From assembly GCF_006345805.1 (NCBI RefSeq), contig NW_021833247.1:1-64000 (forward strand): a stretch of DNA of 64,000 nt. The letters are read 5' to 3'. This stretch comes from Octopus sinensis (Eukaryota). Positions within the stretch are counted from its first letter, which is position 1; every line of letters begins with the position of its first letter. Below are positions 38,622 to 52,979 of the stretch, one piece after another. Below the pieces are notes generated by a model that was given only the letters and a program-made list of their open reading frames with translations, did not search any database and was not told the DNA's origin. Made by a program: the position numbers and the translations under genes.

Positions 38622-38851
38622 GGCGGCGAGCTGGCAGAATCGTTAGCACGCCGGGCGAAATGCGTAGCGGTATTTCGTCTGCCGCTACGTTCTGAGTTCA
38701 AATTCTGCCGATGTCGACTTTGCCTTTCATCCTTTCGGGGTCGATAAATTAAGTACCAGTTACGCACTGGGGTCGATATAATCGACTTAATCCGTTTGTC
38801 TGTCCTTGTTTGTCCTCTCTGTGTTTAACCCCTTGTGGGTAGTAAAGAAAT
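38622..38851 (+). mobile_element. SINE B with 16-bp TSD
   Basis: Full copy; AGGTCTAACGTTATTT at 38604-38619 and 38852-38867. Confidence 0.95.
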
Positions 38852-39570
38852 AGGTCTAACGTTATTTGTAAATCAACACCGCTTTGTTTTTTTTTTCGTT
38901 ACGTAAGACATCAATGACTCTCTCTATGCGATGGTATCACCATATTCCCTGAATATGTTCTAAACGGTGTTGAGCTTACCTAATTCCAAGTGTGTATGTT
39001 CGTGTTTTTGTAGTTGCTGCAAACAATGGCGTGCCGGCAATGACCACCGTGTCGACTTTCAAATATTATAAGATATTATCAATGATACGGTTTGATCTGA
39101 TGAAACTTCAGCTGTTACTCCAAACAAGTCGAGCAACTTCTGAGACTTCCCTTGTTGATTGCTACTTATATTTGATGTTTTCTGAAGGGGTGGGTCTGGC
39201 AAGAAGGGAGTCGCTGGACTTTTTGAAGTTCTACTTTTGGGGCCAGATTTCTAGGTAGGCTTCAGTATGTAGAGGTCTGAAGTAATTTGGGTGGATGTGA
39301 GTGTTACTGTTTGAACATGAATGGATGAAAGGGTAGGTGGAAGAGTGCGTGACAGGAGGCATCCTTGTGGTATTTCATCCACTCTGGCCCTTTTATCCGT
39401 GCAATTAATCCTATTAATTTTCCTTCCAAGTAAAATTTATGGGAAGAAGTAAATGAAAATCACAAAGATATTCTTTTAACACAGGATACGAACACAATTT
39501 TACGACTGAGAAGTTTGTAACGTGTGAAACTAAGGAAAATATGGTGCTTAGCAATACTTGTCAGTAGCAT

Positions 39571-39952
39571 CTTTTATATTTTACTTGTTTCATTAGACTG
39601 CGCCCATGCTGGGGGCACCGCTCTGGAGAACTTTTAGTCGAATAAATCGACCCCATGATTTATTATTTTTGATACTTATTCTAACGATCTCTTTTGTGCC
39701 GAACCGCTAAGTTACGAGTACGTAAGCACACCAACGCCGGTTGTCAAGCGGTAGTAGGGGACAAGCACAGACACAAAAACTTAATGCACACACATGTATA
39801 TTCAACGGGCTTCTTTCAGTTTCCGTCTACCAAATCCACAGACAAAGTTCTGGTCGGTCCGAGGCTCTAGGAGAAGGCATTTGCCCAAGGGGCCACATAG
39901 TGGAACTGAACTCACAAACATGTGGTTTGGAAACAAGCGTCTTACCACACCG
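39571..39952 (-). mobile_element. Diverged full-length SINE A-like copy
   Basis: All family A blocks are recognisable, with many substitutions. Confidence 0.75.
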
Positions 39953-40493
39953 CCATTGTTGCGCCAAATATTGAATAATCAGAGTCGAGGCATCAGATTC
40001 GATAACTGCAGATCGATAAACGTCATCCGGGAAGGCGATTTCTTTAGATGCTGGTTGTAGTAGTTACATTACACATTATCTTACACAGTCTACTGACTTT
40101 CAAGTGGTTTTCAAGAATAATTCGAAATCCCAACTGCAAATTCACCAAGTATCGTATTCCATCTTAATCCTCTCACATATCCCGATTCTCAATGAAATAT
40201 AAACCTGGGATTATTTCTTTAAAAAAGGTTAACAGCGCAATTATAAGTTCTGAGGATGAAAACAGACTTTCTTTAAACCAGATAATGGCACTTCACTGAT
40301 TCACCTCTTCTTAGAGTGCAAGTCTTACACGTGTCTGCGCCTGAAAACGAGCGCATCCACCCTCACTGACTCAAACACACATAAATCTATATATTATATA
40401 TTTTACAAATTATTTATGGCTACGCACATTCACATATAGATGCGTGTGCGTGTAGCTCTGTATATAATATATACATACTACATGTGTATATGA

Positions 40494-40561
<68 letters not shown>

Positions 40562-41596
40562 GTATATATATATATACACATATATAAACTACATATATAT
40601 GTGTGTGTGTGTATATGTGTTTGTGTATGTGTGTATGTAAATAAGTCATCCACATAATGTCTGATAAAGGCCATGTTACTACTTATTAACATCATAAATA
40701 TGAAAAGCAAAAGCCTAAATATATATATACAGATCTTTGTTTTATCTTATTTTGCACACATGGCCATATGGCAACGGGATGACGTCTTTTGTTGCTTGTC
40801 ATGTGTGGAGTTACAAACGTTTATATATTCTCTTATAAATCCACCTCATATATATGTATATATATATACATACATATATACATGCATACACATGCACACA
40901 CGTACATATATATATATGTCTTTATCGTCTGCTTTCATTGATCGTTTGTTGAATATGGTTTGTTTCATGTCTTTTAAGTGTTTCCACAATATTTCATCTT
41001 ATATAGGACACATGGCATTTTATTGGTCTTTTTCTAAAGTTATATGAATATCAGAAGCAAAGAATAAGACACCATTGAGCACGTACAGCAAAACACACAC
41101 ACACACACACATCCAGATGCACACACACACACACAAACGCACACACACTCAAACACAGATAGATGCATCTGGTGTCTACATATATCGAAATTATGTTATG
41201 TATGTAGGCGTATTATTTATATAAGAATAAACCCTATGCAAATAATATTAATAATATTATCGGTATCAATGGCAAAGTTACAAGGGAAAACATTGTGAAT
41301 AAAGGAATATATCGATCTTAGTATCGAATTGTTATTTAGTTTATTGCTTATTGAATGTTGACATGCAAAATTGACTCCGACATCTGAAATGAAATGTGGA
41401 AATGAAACAATATCAGATAATTTCTCTGTCTGAAGAATATTTAATAGGAATTTCTTTACATTTCTAAGATGTAAAACTTTGTAATTCCAATTAGCAAATG
41501 AAACATGTGTAATGGTGAGTAATTAACACAATTAACACAATTTCCAGTTTCCTATTATGTTATATGTATATGTGCGTGTGTGTTTGTGTGTGTGTT

Positions 41597-41630
<34 letters not shown>

Positions 41631-41642
41631 TATGTGTGTGTG

Positions 41643-41685
<43 letters not shown>

Positions 41686-42068
41686 TGAATGTCGAACGAT
41701 GAAAATGAGTACTCAGCACTGCACTGGTGGATATAATCTCTTTATTTATGAAATAAGGCTACCATTGGTTTCATGTAAAGAAAAGTTGGGAAATATCCTA
41801 GTGTATTAAGAATTTTTCAAGCTGATCACATGGAGAAAGGGATTCGCCTCCAGTTTGGAAAGCACGGCCTCGTTTAGTATATATACATATGTACATACAT
41901 ACATACATATATTCTACCAAATATATACGTTTTTATTATTTTTTTTTTGCAATTTACTTAATCTTCGGTATATTATAGTTATTTTAATTTTAATATTTCT
42001 ATTATATGTAATTTTCTAGATGGTGCAATTTAATAGTTCATTTTGAATTGATAAAAAGTGAGTTTTTC

Positions 42069-42107
<39 letters not shown>

Positions 42108-42204
42108 TTTGTGAAATTTGATTTAGTATTTCTAAATTGAATTTTTCCCTGTAAGTTAGGAATAATATTCCCTCAAATAATTATTATATATATTATGTAT
42201 ATAT

Positions 42205-42261
<57 letters not shown>

Positions 42262-42276
42262 TATATATATATATGT

Positions 42277-42308
<32 letters not shown>

Positions 42309-43271
42309 ATTATATATATTATATATATATATATATATAATATATATATATGCGTGTATGTGTGTGTGTGAATGTGTAAATATATATGTATGTGTGTATT
42401 TTTTTGCTGTGGGTGTGTCCTTCTGCCAGTACTAAAGTCACACTCGATGCAGTTTAATGCTTTTCAACGCCATTATTACGTTTATGTTTATTTATAAAAA
42501 AGACACCATTGTTTGTAAACAACGAAATTCCTCATCACACTTGGTTGCACGACAAGAAATTTGTAAAAACCGGTGACTTTTTGCTAATCCGGTTGTCGAG
42601 GAAAGTACGAGAGAACAGATGACTAATACGACCTGAAGAGAATATTCTATTCCTTTCCATGCATTGAATACCCTTACGCCCGTTCCTTTCAACACACACA
42701 CACCACACACACACACACTCACACACACACACACATGGAAATATGTAAGTGCAAAACAATGAGGGAATCTCAGCTGTACGATGAAGAGAGGCGTGAAACT
42801 CAGAGTAAAAGTTTTTGAACATTTTCTCAGCTTTGATAGAGCAGAATATTACTCTGTCTTTGGTATGAGAGCATAAGTATAGAGAAAGAAAAAGAGAGAG
42901 AAGGAGCGAGAGAAAGAGAGAGAGAGGGGGTAAAGGGAGAGGGAGGAACCAAGAGAAAGCGAGAGAAACACATCCACAAAGTTGATTTCTATGTGTGTGC
43001 ATCGTTCGCCGATCTATAATGAAAGTAGGACGTAAAGGTCAGCGAGAAAACCAAACACGAAAGTACTGTTCCACATACGACAATATGCTTAGCGGTATTT
43101 GTTCTGTACCGAGTTAGAGATTCTCCGCTGTCACTATCGCGTCATGAAATTCACAGCATCTGTAAACTAGATTACCGTTAATACAGTTCTATATCTAAGA
43201 GATAAGGAATTATGTGCATTATTTACATTATTTACATTTGACGGATATTTGTCCTCATCTTGTTTGTTGTT

Positions 43272-43317
43272 AACACAATGTTTCGGCTGATTTACCCTCC
43301 AGCCTTCATCAGGTGTC
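43272..43317 (-). ncRNA. Minimal type I hammerhead motif in a short repeat (about 43230-43375)
   Basis: GACAC-CUGAUGA-A-GGCUG(loop)CAGCC-GAAA-CAUU-GUGUU. Stem III reads ACAU rather than the palindromic ACGU. Confidence 0.62.
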
Positions 43318-43375
43318 TTGGGGAAATTTCGAACCTGGGTTCTCATTTCATTCCTAACGTATTTTTCGATGCTAT

Positions 43376-43482
43376 TCTTCTTCTTCTTCTTCTTCTTCTT
43401 CTTCTTCTTCTTCTTCTTCTTCTTCTTCTTCTTCTTCTTCTTCTTCTTCTTCTTCTTCTTCTTCTTCTTCTTCTTCTTCTTC

Positions 43483-43551
<69 letters not shown>

Positions 43552-43630
43552 ATTATTATTATCCCTCAGGTTACTGCTTCGAGTTCGATTCCAAACAGTG
43601 ACCTGAATAATAATAATAATAATAATAATG

Positions 43631-43693
<63 letters not shown>
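43376..43693. repeat. (CTT)n(TTA)n, central 41-nt hairpin, (TAA)n
   Basis: Hairpin 43566-43606 with 17 of 19 pairs; the microsatellites on either side are in opposite orientations. Confidence 0.9.
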
Positions 43694-43696
<3 letters not shown>

Positions 43697-46600
43697 CGGG
43701 GACGTTTAAGATGTAAGGACCGGGGACGTTTAAGATGTAAGGACCGGGGACGTTTAAGATGTAAGGACCGGGGACGTTTAAGATGTAAGAAGGAAAATAC
43801 AGAGCTCCGAAATCTATCCACAAACATCGAAAACAAGGACACCCTATGGAGCCAAAGATTTACTAACAAAGAATTGGACTATATCCGAGTAAGTAATACG
43901 AATTGAAATTTATTACTATTTTCGAAACGAAATGATGTATTTTGACTCGATATCATCTCCACCTCTAACACAACACATGTAAACATGCGTGGAACAACAC
44001 GATCATCCCCGACCTCAAACACCATGTACAAAGGAACTACGAAGAAATTAAATGCCACCGATACTATTCAACCCAAGAATAACAATCGAGCGGTACGTAC
44101 ATTAAACCTACAACAAAAAATGTACGAAAAACTACACGTGCGAAATAATGTGACAACAGAAATAAACGGACCGGTACCCTACGAAAATGACGACCGTCAA
44201 AATAATGGGCCGGACGTTGTACCTCATGTCCCGCAATTAAAACCGAAAAGACGTAAATGGACACGTGAGGAATACATTTCTATCTTACACGCATACTTCA
44301 CAGCAATGCTCTACCCACAAAATGAAAATACAACAACACATACATCTAAAATATGGAAGGAAAATAATAGAGATAGACTTGGATACAGCAATGAACCCTA
44401 ATAAATTAGCTAACGTACGAAGATACATTCTCAAAGCCAAAAAAATATCAGAAATAGAAATAGAACATTTAAAAGAAAAAATACACCAGGAAAATGTAGA
44501 TAGAAGCCACACAACAATGCCCAATAATATAAACACTGAAACTGTAAAACACGAAGACAAACGCAACATTCCCAACAAACACGATGTAAACAACGAAGGG
44601 GAGCCTAATGATTATGATAATATAAAAAATAAAATAATCAAAGAACTAAAAACCACAGAGCCAAAATGGACCACCGACCATACCTCCAAGAATAAAAATA
44701 AACGCAATAACAACACCAATTATAAACAACATAAACCTAGCCGTCACTGAACTAGCCACTGAAACAAAAAAAAGTGATATCACTGAACTAAATGACCTGA
44801 TATACGCAGCAGCCACTGCAGCCACAAAAGAAGCTGGATACTCACCCAAACCCGCCCAAACAGGAGTACCACCACCCAAACAAACCCTGTGGATAAATAA
44901 CATCCAAAACAAATTAAAAAAATTAGAAATGACCTGTCGATTCTTAATGAAATCAGCAAACAAGCAACGCTACTGAGCAACAAAAAGAGAACAAAAATGC
45001 TCCGCAAATAAACATCACAGAAAAAGATTTGCCGGAGATAAAAGAAAAGCTGAAGCAAGATATCCTTGCCAAAGCTCAAAGGATCCGCTGGTACGAGAAA
45101 CGCCAACGCTTCTTTGAACAGAACAAAAAGTTCAACTCCGACCCCAAAAAGTTCTACCAAGAACTGGGCAAAAATAAAATAGAAGTCACTGCAGCACCAA
45201 CGGCAGAAGAATTGGAAGAATTCTGGAAAGAAATATGGTCGGCGAACGAACAGCCAAAAAAAAGGAGTATGAAAATAACAAACTCGGCATCTGAACAACT
45301 TTGGACCCCCATAACAACTGAAGAGGTCACCCAGGCACTGCAAAACTAAGCAACTGGAAGGCACCTGGGCATGACAAGATCCCCAACTTCTGGTTGAAAT
45401 ATCTAACTGGAACGCACAAAAAGCTGGCTGAAAACTTTAACAGCATACTAGCAGAGCCAGAGACAATGCCTGAATGGCTCACGAAGGGGAAAACCATCTT
45501 AATTCCCAAATCAAATGAAACAACAAAACCAGAAAACTACAGACCAATAACCTGCCTCCCTACTATGTTCAAGGCATTTACTGCAGTGATATCGCAAAGG
45601 CTGAACAAGCACCTGGACGAAAACAAACTGTTCCCAGAAGAGCAGAAAGGATGCCGCAAGGGCTCATATGGCTGTAAAGATCAACTAATGATTAATAAAG
45701 CCGTCTGAAGACAGCCACAGAAAGAAGAAAGGCCTCAGTATGGCCTGAATTGACTACAAAAGGCGTTTGATAGCATCCCCCACACATGGATCCTCGAAAC
45801 ACTAGCCATTAACAAGTAGCACCAACAATCATAAAATTCATAGAGCACTCTATGAATAAATGGAAAACAGTCCTACACCTCCAAACAAAAGAGGGACTCA
45901 TGAAAACCAAAGACATCGCCATTAGAAGAGGAATATTCCATGGAGACACGCTCTCTCCACTCCTTCTCTGCTTGGCACTGTCACCTCTATCTGATATGCT
46001 AAATAGAACTGGATGCGGATATAAATGTTACGGCAAAACGATCAGCCACCTTTTATATATGGATGACCTAAAACTATACGCTGCAAATGACAAACAGCTG
46101 GAAACACTATTAAAGACAGTTCATGGATTTACCAAAGAAATAGATATGAAATTTGGATTAGAAAAATGCGCCAAAGTAACCATGAAAAGAGGAAAACTAG
46201 TTAAGAGTAACAACACACAGATAAAAAACCAATGAAATAAAAGAATTATACCAAAGCCAAACTTACAAATACTTAGGAAACCATGAACTAGATAAGACAC
46301 AACACACACAATGAAAGAGAAAATAAAAAAAGAATACTATAGATGAGTTAGATCAATACTAAAAACAGAGCTCAATGCTAAAAACAAGATAATAGGTATC
46401 AACACTTTAGCTGTCCCAGTTATAAGTTACAGCTACAATATCCTTAACTGGACACGAAATGAACTGTCCAAAATAGATAGGAAAACAAGAAAATACTGAC
46501 AGGATCTAGGATGCATCACCCAAAATCTGACATAGAAAGACTATATATACAACGTATAGAAGGTGGTAGAGGCCTTATACAGCTGGAAAACTACTATAAA

Positions 46601-47708
46601 ATAACCACCATAGGACTGCAAAAATACCTACTTCAGAAGGAAGGAAAACTGATCCAGATAGCAGCAAAACACGAGCAAAACAAAAAACTGTTCTCAGTAT
46701 TAAGGAAGCTGACAAATACAAACAAGAAATCATACCACCTAATAAACACAAAGAAGAAGAAGAAGATGATGAAGAAACAACAAAAGCTATAAAACAAATG
46801 AAATCCAAACTAAAAATAGAACAGCAACGAGCCATGATAAAACGATGGCAAGAAAAGCCCCTTCATGGTAAATACTGCACTAAACTAAACACAAAAGAAA
46901 TAGACAAAGAAAAATCCCAGCAATGGTTGAGAAGCTCAGGACTCAAAGCAGAGACAGAGGGATTTTTAATTGCAGCACAAGACCAAAGCCTCCCCACCAG
47001 AAATTACCAAAAACATGTAATGAAAAGAAATATTACAAGTAACTGCAGAATATGTGGAGATGGACAAGAAACAATAAATCATATTATCTCTAGCTGCCCA
47101 GTCCTGGCTAAGAAGGAATATATTCACAGACATGACAGAGTTGGAACCTACATACATTGGAAGCTATGCCAACATTATGGAATAACAACAGAAAAAAGAT
47201 GGTATAGGCACACACCAGAAAAGGTCACAGAAAACGAGAAAGCAACCATACTCTGGGATATGCCGATACACACAGATAGAGAAATTAAGGCCAACAGACC
47301 AGATATAGTTGTCAGACCATGAAGAAAAAAAATGCTTTCTAATTGATGTATCAATACCGGCAGATGACAACGTGTCTCTAAAAGAAATGGAGAAACTCTC
47401 AAAATACAAGACCTGGAAATAGAGGTAACTAGAATGTGGAACCTGAAAACAGAAACAATTCCTATCATAGTAGGTGCATTAGGCATGATAAAAAAATATT
47501 CAGACAAATACATAACAAAAACACCAGGACTTACAAACACATATAACATACAGAAAATTGCACTACTAGGCACTGCACACATCCTACGCAGAACACTTCC
47601 ATACAATAACCATCAGAGCATCACAACAAATCACAGCACATACCCAAGGCACACAGAGCTGCGCTCGGTAGTGAAGTGAAAGCACGCTATAAAAATAAAA
47701 CTACTGAA
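43694..47708 (+). mobile_element. R4/Dong-clade RLE LINE, near full length, frameshifted
   Basis: RRKWTREEY (N-terminal), KAPGHDKIPNFWLK, ENYRPITCL, EQKGCRKG, IDYK.AFD, RGIFHGDTLSP, HLLYMDDLKL, LYIQRIEGGRGL, CRICG..ETINHIISSC, RHD, RPDIVV, IDVSIP, IIVGALG. (TAA)n on both sides. Confidence 0.95.
43697..43789 (+). repeat. 24-bp tandem repeat x3.9 at the LINE 5' end
   Basis: CGGGGACGTTTAAGATGTAAGGAC, perfect copies. Confidence 0.95.
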
Positions 47709-47808
<100 letters not shown>

Positions 47809-47809
47809 T

Positions 47810-49502
47810 AGGGTCAGTAGAAATTAGGAGTAGCATCTTCCAAGGGGACTGCCTGTTCCCACTGATCTTTGTACTGTGCTTGATACCACTGACACTGATT
47901 CTGAGGAAAGCAAAAGCTGGGTATGTATTCAAAAGCCGCCAACAAAAAGTCAATCGTTTGTTATTCATGAATGACCTCAAACTTAATGGTAAAGATGAAG
48001 CCCGAGTCAGTTCCCTCGTTGATACGGTGTATACCTTCAGTGCTGATATCGGAATGGAGTTTGGACTGAGAAAGTGTGATGTGTTAGTGTTGAATAGAGA
48101 CAAAATCAAATGTATGAACGGACTAACGATACCGTCGGGGGAGGTTATGAAACAGATAGAAGAGACGGGATATAAGTACTTCGGGATTTTGGAAATGGAT
48201 AAATTGATGGAGAAAGAAATGACAGAAAAATTTAACGTGGAGTACTTACGCAGACTGAGACTGATCCTTAAGTCGAAATTAACCGGACGGAATAAATTCG
48301 AATCTATCAACACCTGGGCGGTTTCACTCCTTAGATGTGGAGCAAGGGCTGTAGACGAACTAAACAGCTTAGACAGAAAGACAAGGAAGTTGCTAACTAG
48401 ATATGGGTCACGCTGCCCAAAAGGTGACACTGACTGACTGTATATACCAAGAAAAAGAAGAGGACTTATTGGATGCGAAGACAGCATTAGAGCAGAAGAA
48501 AACAACATAGCATAGTATGTAGAAATGCCACAGAACCGCTATTATTAGAAGTAGAAAGGTCAGGCTTGTGTAGGATGAAAGACTGCAAAGATAAAGCACT
48601 ATACAAGAAATTGAAAACGAATGAAACTGCAAATAGGTGGATAAAAAAAAGAATGCATGGTCAATTTCATTGGGATGTTGAAGATTAGACAGACAGAGAA
48701 AAAAGATGGCTGTGGAAGACTAAAAGTGATTTAAAACCGGAAACGGAGGCTCTAATCTGTGCTGCCCAAGAGCAATCACTAAGAACAAACTATATAAAAT
48801 ACAGAATAGACAATACATCAGAAAGTGATAAGGGCAGAATCTGTGGGCAAAACGGTGAAATTGTGTGGCATATTACTAGCCAATGTACGCCACTAGTCCA
48901 GAAAGTATATAAGAGACACCATGACAATATAGCTCAGTTTCTCCATTGGATACTTTGCAACAGGTATGGACTTGACAGAGCAAAAATTTTGTACGACCAC
49001 CAACCTGAAGGCATTGTCGAAAATAAAAATGCTAAGACCCTATGGGATTTTATGATTCAGTGCGACCATGAGATAGAGAATAGGAAGCCAGGCATAGTCT
49101 TAATTGAGAAAGAAAACAAACTATGCTTGATCATATGCTTGATATAAACTATGCTTGATATAGCATGCCCAGCTGACAACAAGGTATGCGATAAGGAAGA
49201 AAGAAAAGTCGTGAGATGTGAAAGGTTAGCTAGGAAGGTTAAGCAGTTATGATCGATGAAAACGGTGATAGTAGTACCAATAATTGTCGGAGCCCAGGGA
49301 TCAGTGAGCAAAAATCTCGAGAAGTACGTGGAACAAATAGGGGCTGCAATAAGGATGGAGCACTTGGAGAAAACAGCACTACTTGAAACCGCTCGAATAC
49401 TCCGGAAGGTGCTCGAAAAATAAGAGGTGTTACCTTAGTTTACTGGTAGTGAATAGCTGACACTGTAGCACATCTCCAGCGTCAGAAGCTGTGCAAAGGC
49501 AA
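47810..49502 (+). mobile_element. Second R4/Dong-like LINE family, 5'-truncated within the RT
   Basis: IFQGDCLFP, LLFMNDLKL, MEFGLRKC, YKYFG, RICGQNGEIVWHITSQC, RHD, KPGIVL, ARILRKVLE*; followed by (GAT)n(TAA)n. Confidence 0.92.
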
Positions 49503-49530
49503 CGATGATGATGATGATGATGATAATAAA

Positions 49531-49595
<65 letters not shown>

Positions 49596-49624
49596 TAATA
49601 ATAATAATAACAGCAGCAACAACA

Positions 49625-49692
49625 ACATCAAAAAATACCTTAGGTATGAGAACCCAGGTTTGAAATTTCTCCAAGACACCTGGTGAAGGTTG
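49625..49692 (+). mobile_element. Truncated second copy of the hammerhead-bearing repeat
   Basis: aaaaataccttagg..tgagaacccaggtttgaaatttctccaagacacctggtgaagg matches the reverse complement of 43300-43375. Confidence 0.7.
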
Positions 49693-50140
49693 TCTCGACA
49701 GCTAACAACTGATGCAGGTAGTTTATTCCATGTTACAGTAATTCTGAGCGTGAAAAAATGTTCCTGAAAGTCATAGGTGCTGTGTGTTTTGTTTTAATTA
49801 GTACATGTTAAGAATATGGAATTCAAAAAGGTGCCCAAGGTTGTTGTTGGAAAGTTGGTGGATAATCATGCGGGTGTCTACAAAGTCAATCGCCAGACGT
49901 CTGAGCTGCAATGTGTCCATGGCTCGGAAAGCAAGACGTTCAGAATATGGCAGATGCCAGACGGCAAGCATTCCTTTGTTGTGTTTTAAGTGGGAGACCT
50001 CAGAAAATTTATTGAGTGTGAGAGGTGGAGGTGTGTTGAGTAATATTTCGTTCCATGCTCTTCATCATGGGTGAAGAAAATGGGAGCACTGGACTGGGGG
50101 TTAGTTAGTGAAATAAAGTGTTTTAAAGATTGTATCAAAG
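49685..50140 (-). mobile_element. CR1-clade LINE 3' fragment, decayed
   Basis: HLPYSERLAF...TLQLRRLAID..., and after a shift HFFTLRITVTWNKLPASVVSC. Confidence 0.7.
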
Positions 50141-50423
50141 AGAAGTGTTCCGCTACAGACAAACATATACGATGTGGTTGGTTAATTCCGTTGCAAAGAT
50201 CTCCCGTGGTTTAGGGTTTTTAGATTTTAAACACACCTAAAGGGAGTTTTTACTCCATCAATCACAGAGCGGTGAGAAAATGCGCCGACTTGCTCCAATG
50301 AAGATTTAAATGACGAGTTACTAGTTCAAATCTAACTCTTTCCCTGGCTTCAAACACAAATCCTGCAACCACGTTTACTTTCGCTGTAATACAAGATTCT
50401 TGTTGGTGTTTGTTGTACTACTG

Positions 50424-50486
<63 letters not shown>

Positions 50487-51106
50487 TGATCAGGGTTTAA
50501 CTCTTCACAGGTTGAATAAAAGAAACATTTGCCATTCAGTGTAAAGTAAGAAACAGTTGAACGTTACCAAACTTGGTGGGAGGGAGACATTGTATTTGTT
50601 TTGCGGTAATATGTTATTACATTTATCGCTTTTAATTAAGTTTTATTGATTATTTCCGCAGGCATTTCTTTGTATTTCCACCAGAGGAGATTATTCTTGA
50701 AGGAATTGGGACTTTTACTGTTCTAAAGAGAATGTAATAGAAAGAAACATATTGTCGTAAAGAATCACCATGAAAATAATAAGTCGTGCTTTTAATACAG
50801 GTTATGTGTGTTCGTTTGTGCGCGAGCGTGCGTGTGTGTGTGAAAAGGTGTCAACGTTTGTCCTCGTATGTGTGTGTGTGTCTGTAATCATGTATATTGG
50901 TGGGTGATTGTATGTGTATGTGCGTACATGTGTGTCTGTGTTTGTGCAAAATATATTTTTATACGTGGGAACAGAAATCTGTAAAAGAATTTTAGTATAA
51001 TATTTATTACAGCGTATATATGTTATTGTGCCTATTGTTGTTGGGACAAATGTCTATGTGCAATAGCAGTTGGTGTCTGTCTGTCTCTCTCTCTCTATCT
51101 ATCTAA

Positions 51107-51176
<70 letters not shown>

Positions 51177-51214
51177 GTCTATCAATCTGCTAGTCTATCT
51201 ATTTATCAATCTAT

Positions 51215-51256
<42 letters not shown>

Positions 51257-51415
51257 CTCTCTCTATCTACCTAAATGTATATATAAATTGTCTGCCTTTC
51301 AGTTTATATACAAGCATCTCTATATGTTTGTCTCTCTGTCGATATACCTATCTATCTGTCCATCATCTATTTATTTATATATGTCTACCTGTCCCCTTAT
51401 CTGCATATATGTGTT

Positions 51416-51447
<32 letters not shown>

Positions 51448-52675
51448 TGTATGTATGTATGTATGTATGTATGCATATGTATCTACAAATGTATGTATAT
51501 TTGTGTGTGTATGTACGCATATACGTGTGTGCACGCGCGCGCGTGTGTGTGTGCGCGTGTTTGTATGCGTATGTTCTTTCTGTATTCAGAAGAATGGTTT
51601 CGTCCCAAACGTCATAATAGAGTCTTTTCAATTCTCTGCGCATCAATTAAATAACTTTCTTCAAAAACCTATTCCGTGCTGTTTATTTTTAACTGCATTT
51701 GTTTTGTTCGCTCTGTTGGGGAATCTTTTCCTCTTCTCACACATGCTCAAAATACACACACGTGTCTCCACAAGCGTGTAGTAATTTGTTTATAGAAATG
51801 GTTGTGAGTTATTTTAGCTTTTGTGCGTGCATATGTGTTTGTGCATGTGATCATGCATCGAATACATAAAACACGTCTTCGTTCTTATAGAGGTCTCTAT
51901 TCCAGCAAAAGCATTTTAATACATCAGTACATATGATTTATTTGGTAAGGTGCATAAACTACACATTGCTTACATAGTGACGACTCATCTAAAGTACAAT
52001 TATGCAAATCAGATTAGCCACGACGATGATAGTTTAAAATTCGAGTACCTAATTATAGCAACTGAACATTCTAAGCCATTCAATGGGGAAGATCAGTAAC
52101 GTCTTCTCAGAGGATCAGATAGCAAATAGTGAAACGGTCAGACAGGAGATGCTGCAAGCTTTGAATCTCACATCGATGTAAAAACATAAAAACAGGAGCG
52201 TATCGATATATTTACACAGTTCATTATTACAACTATGTCATTTTCAAATTATTTTCCACATTCAAAAATATGCTACGTTAAACATATGTATACGTGTGTG
52301 TGTGTGTGTGTGTGTGTTTGTGTGTGTGTATGTGTGTGTGTGTGTGTGTGTTGTGTGTGTGTGTGTGTAGATTTGCTTATACATTTATAAATTTTACCAG
52401 AAGATGGTGGATTGCATGCTGATGTCATCTATAAAGACATCAATAGAATTCTACTGAAAGAGCTGTCGTAAAATTTGAAGCACATGTCTGTTCTTACACA
52501 TACACATACACGCACATACACACACACACGCACACACACAAACACACACACACACATATGTACTTGAAAATGGATGCGTGGTGTTCAATCAAATAATAAT
52601 ATTAATAATATATGTGTATATATATAAATAAATACATATATATATATGCATATATATGTGTGTAAATACATATGC

Positions 52676-52708
<33 letters not shown>

Positions 52709-52979
52709 ATATATATATATGCATATATGTGTACAGGACGTCACTAACATTAAACAACATGAAATACGAAAACAAATGATCTCAATACGCAAAACAACGA
52801 GAAAAACAAATGGGAAAGTAACATAAAGAATGACCCTTCATCAGTTGTCGGCTGTCTATCTACTCCTCATTTCAAGCACTGAATGACATATATATGTAAG
52901 TATTCATACACACATACATGCATACATACACGTACATATATATTAACATCCACATTAAAGGTACATATATTTATATCAA

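Noticed and set aside
43697-43789. Regularly spaced repeat as a possible CRISPR array
   Set aside because: Head-to-tail identical units with no spacers, in a eukaryotic context.
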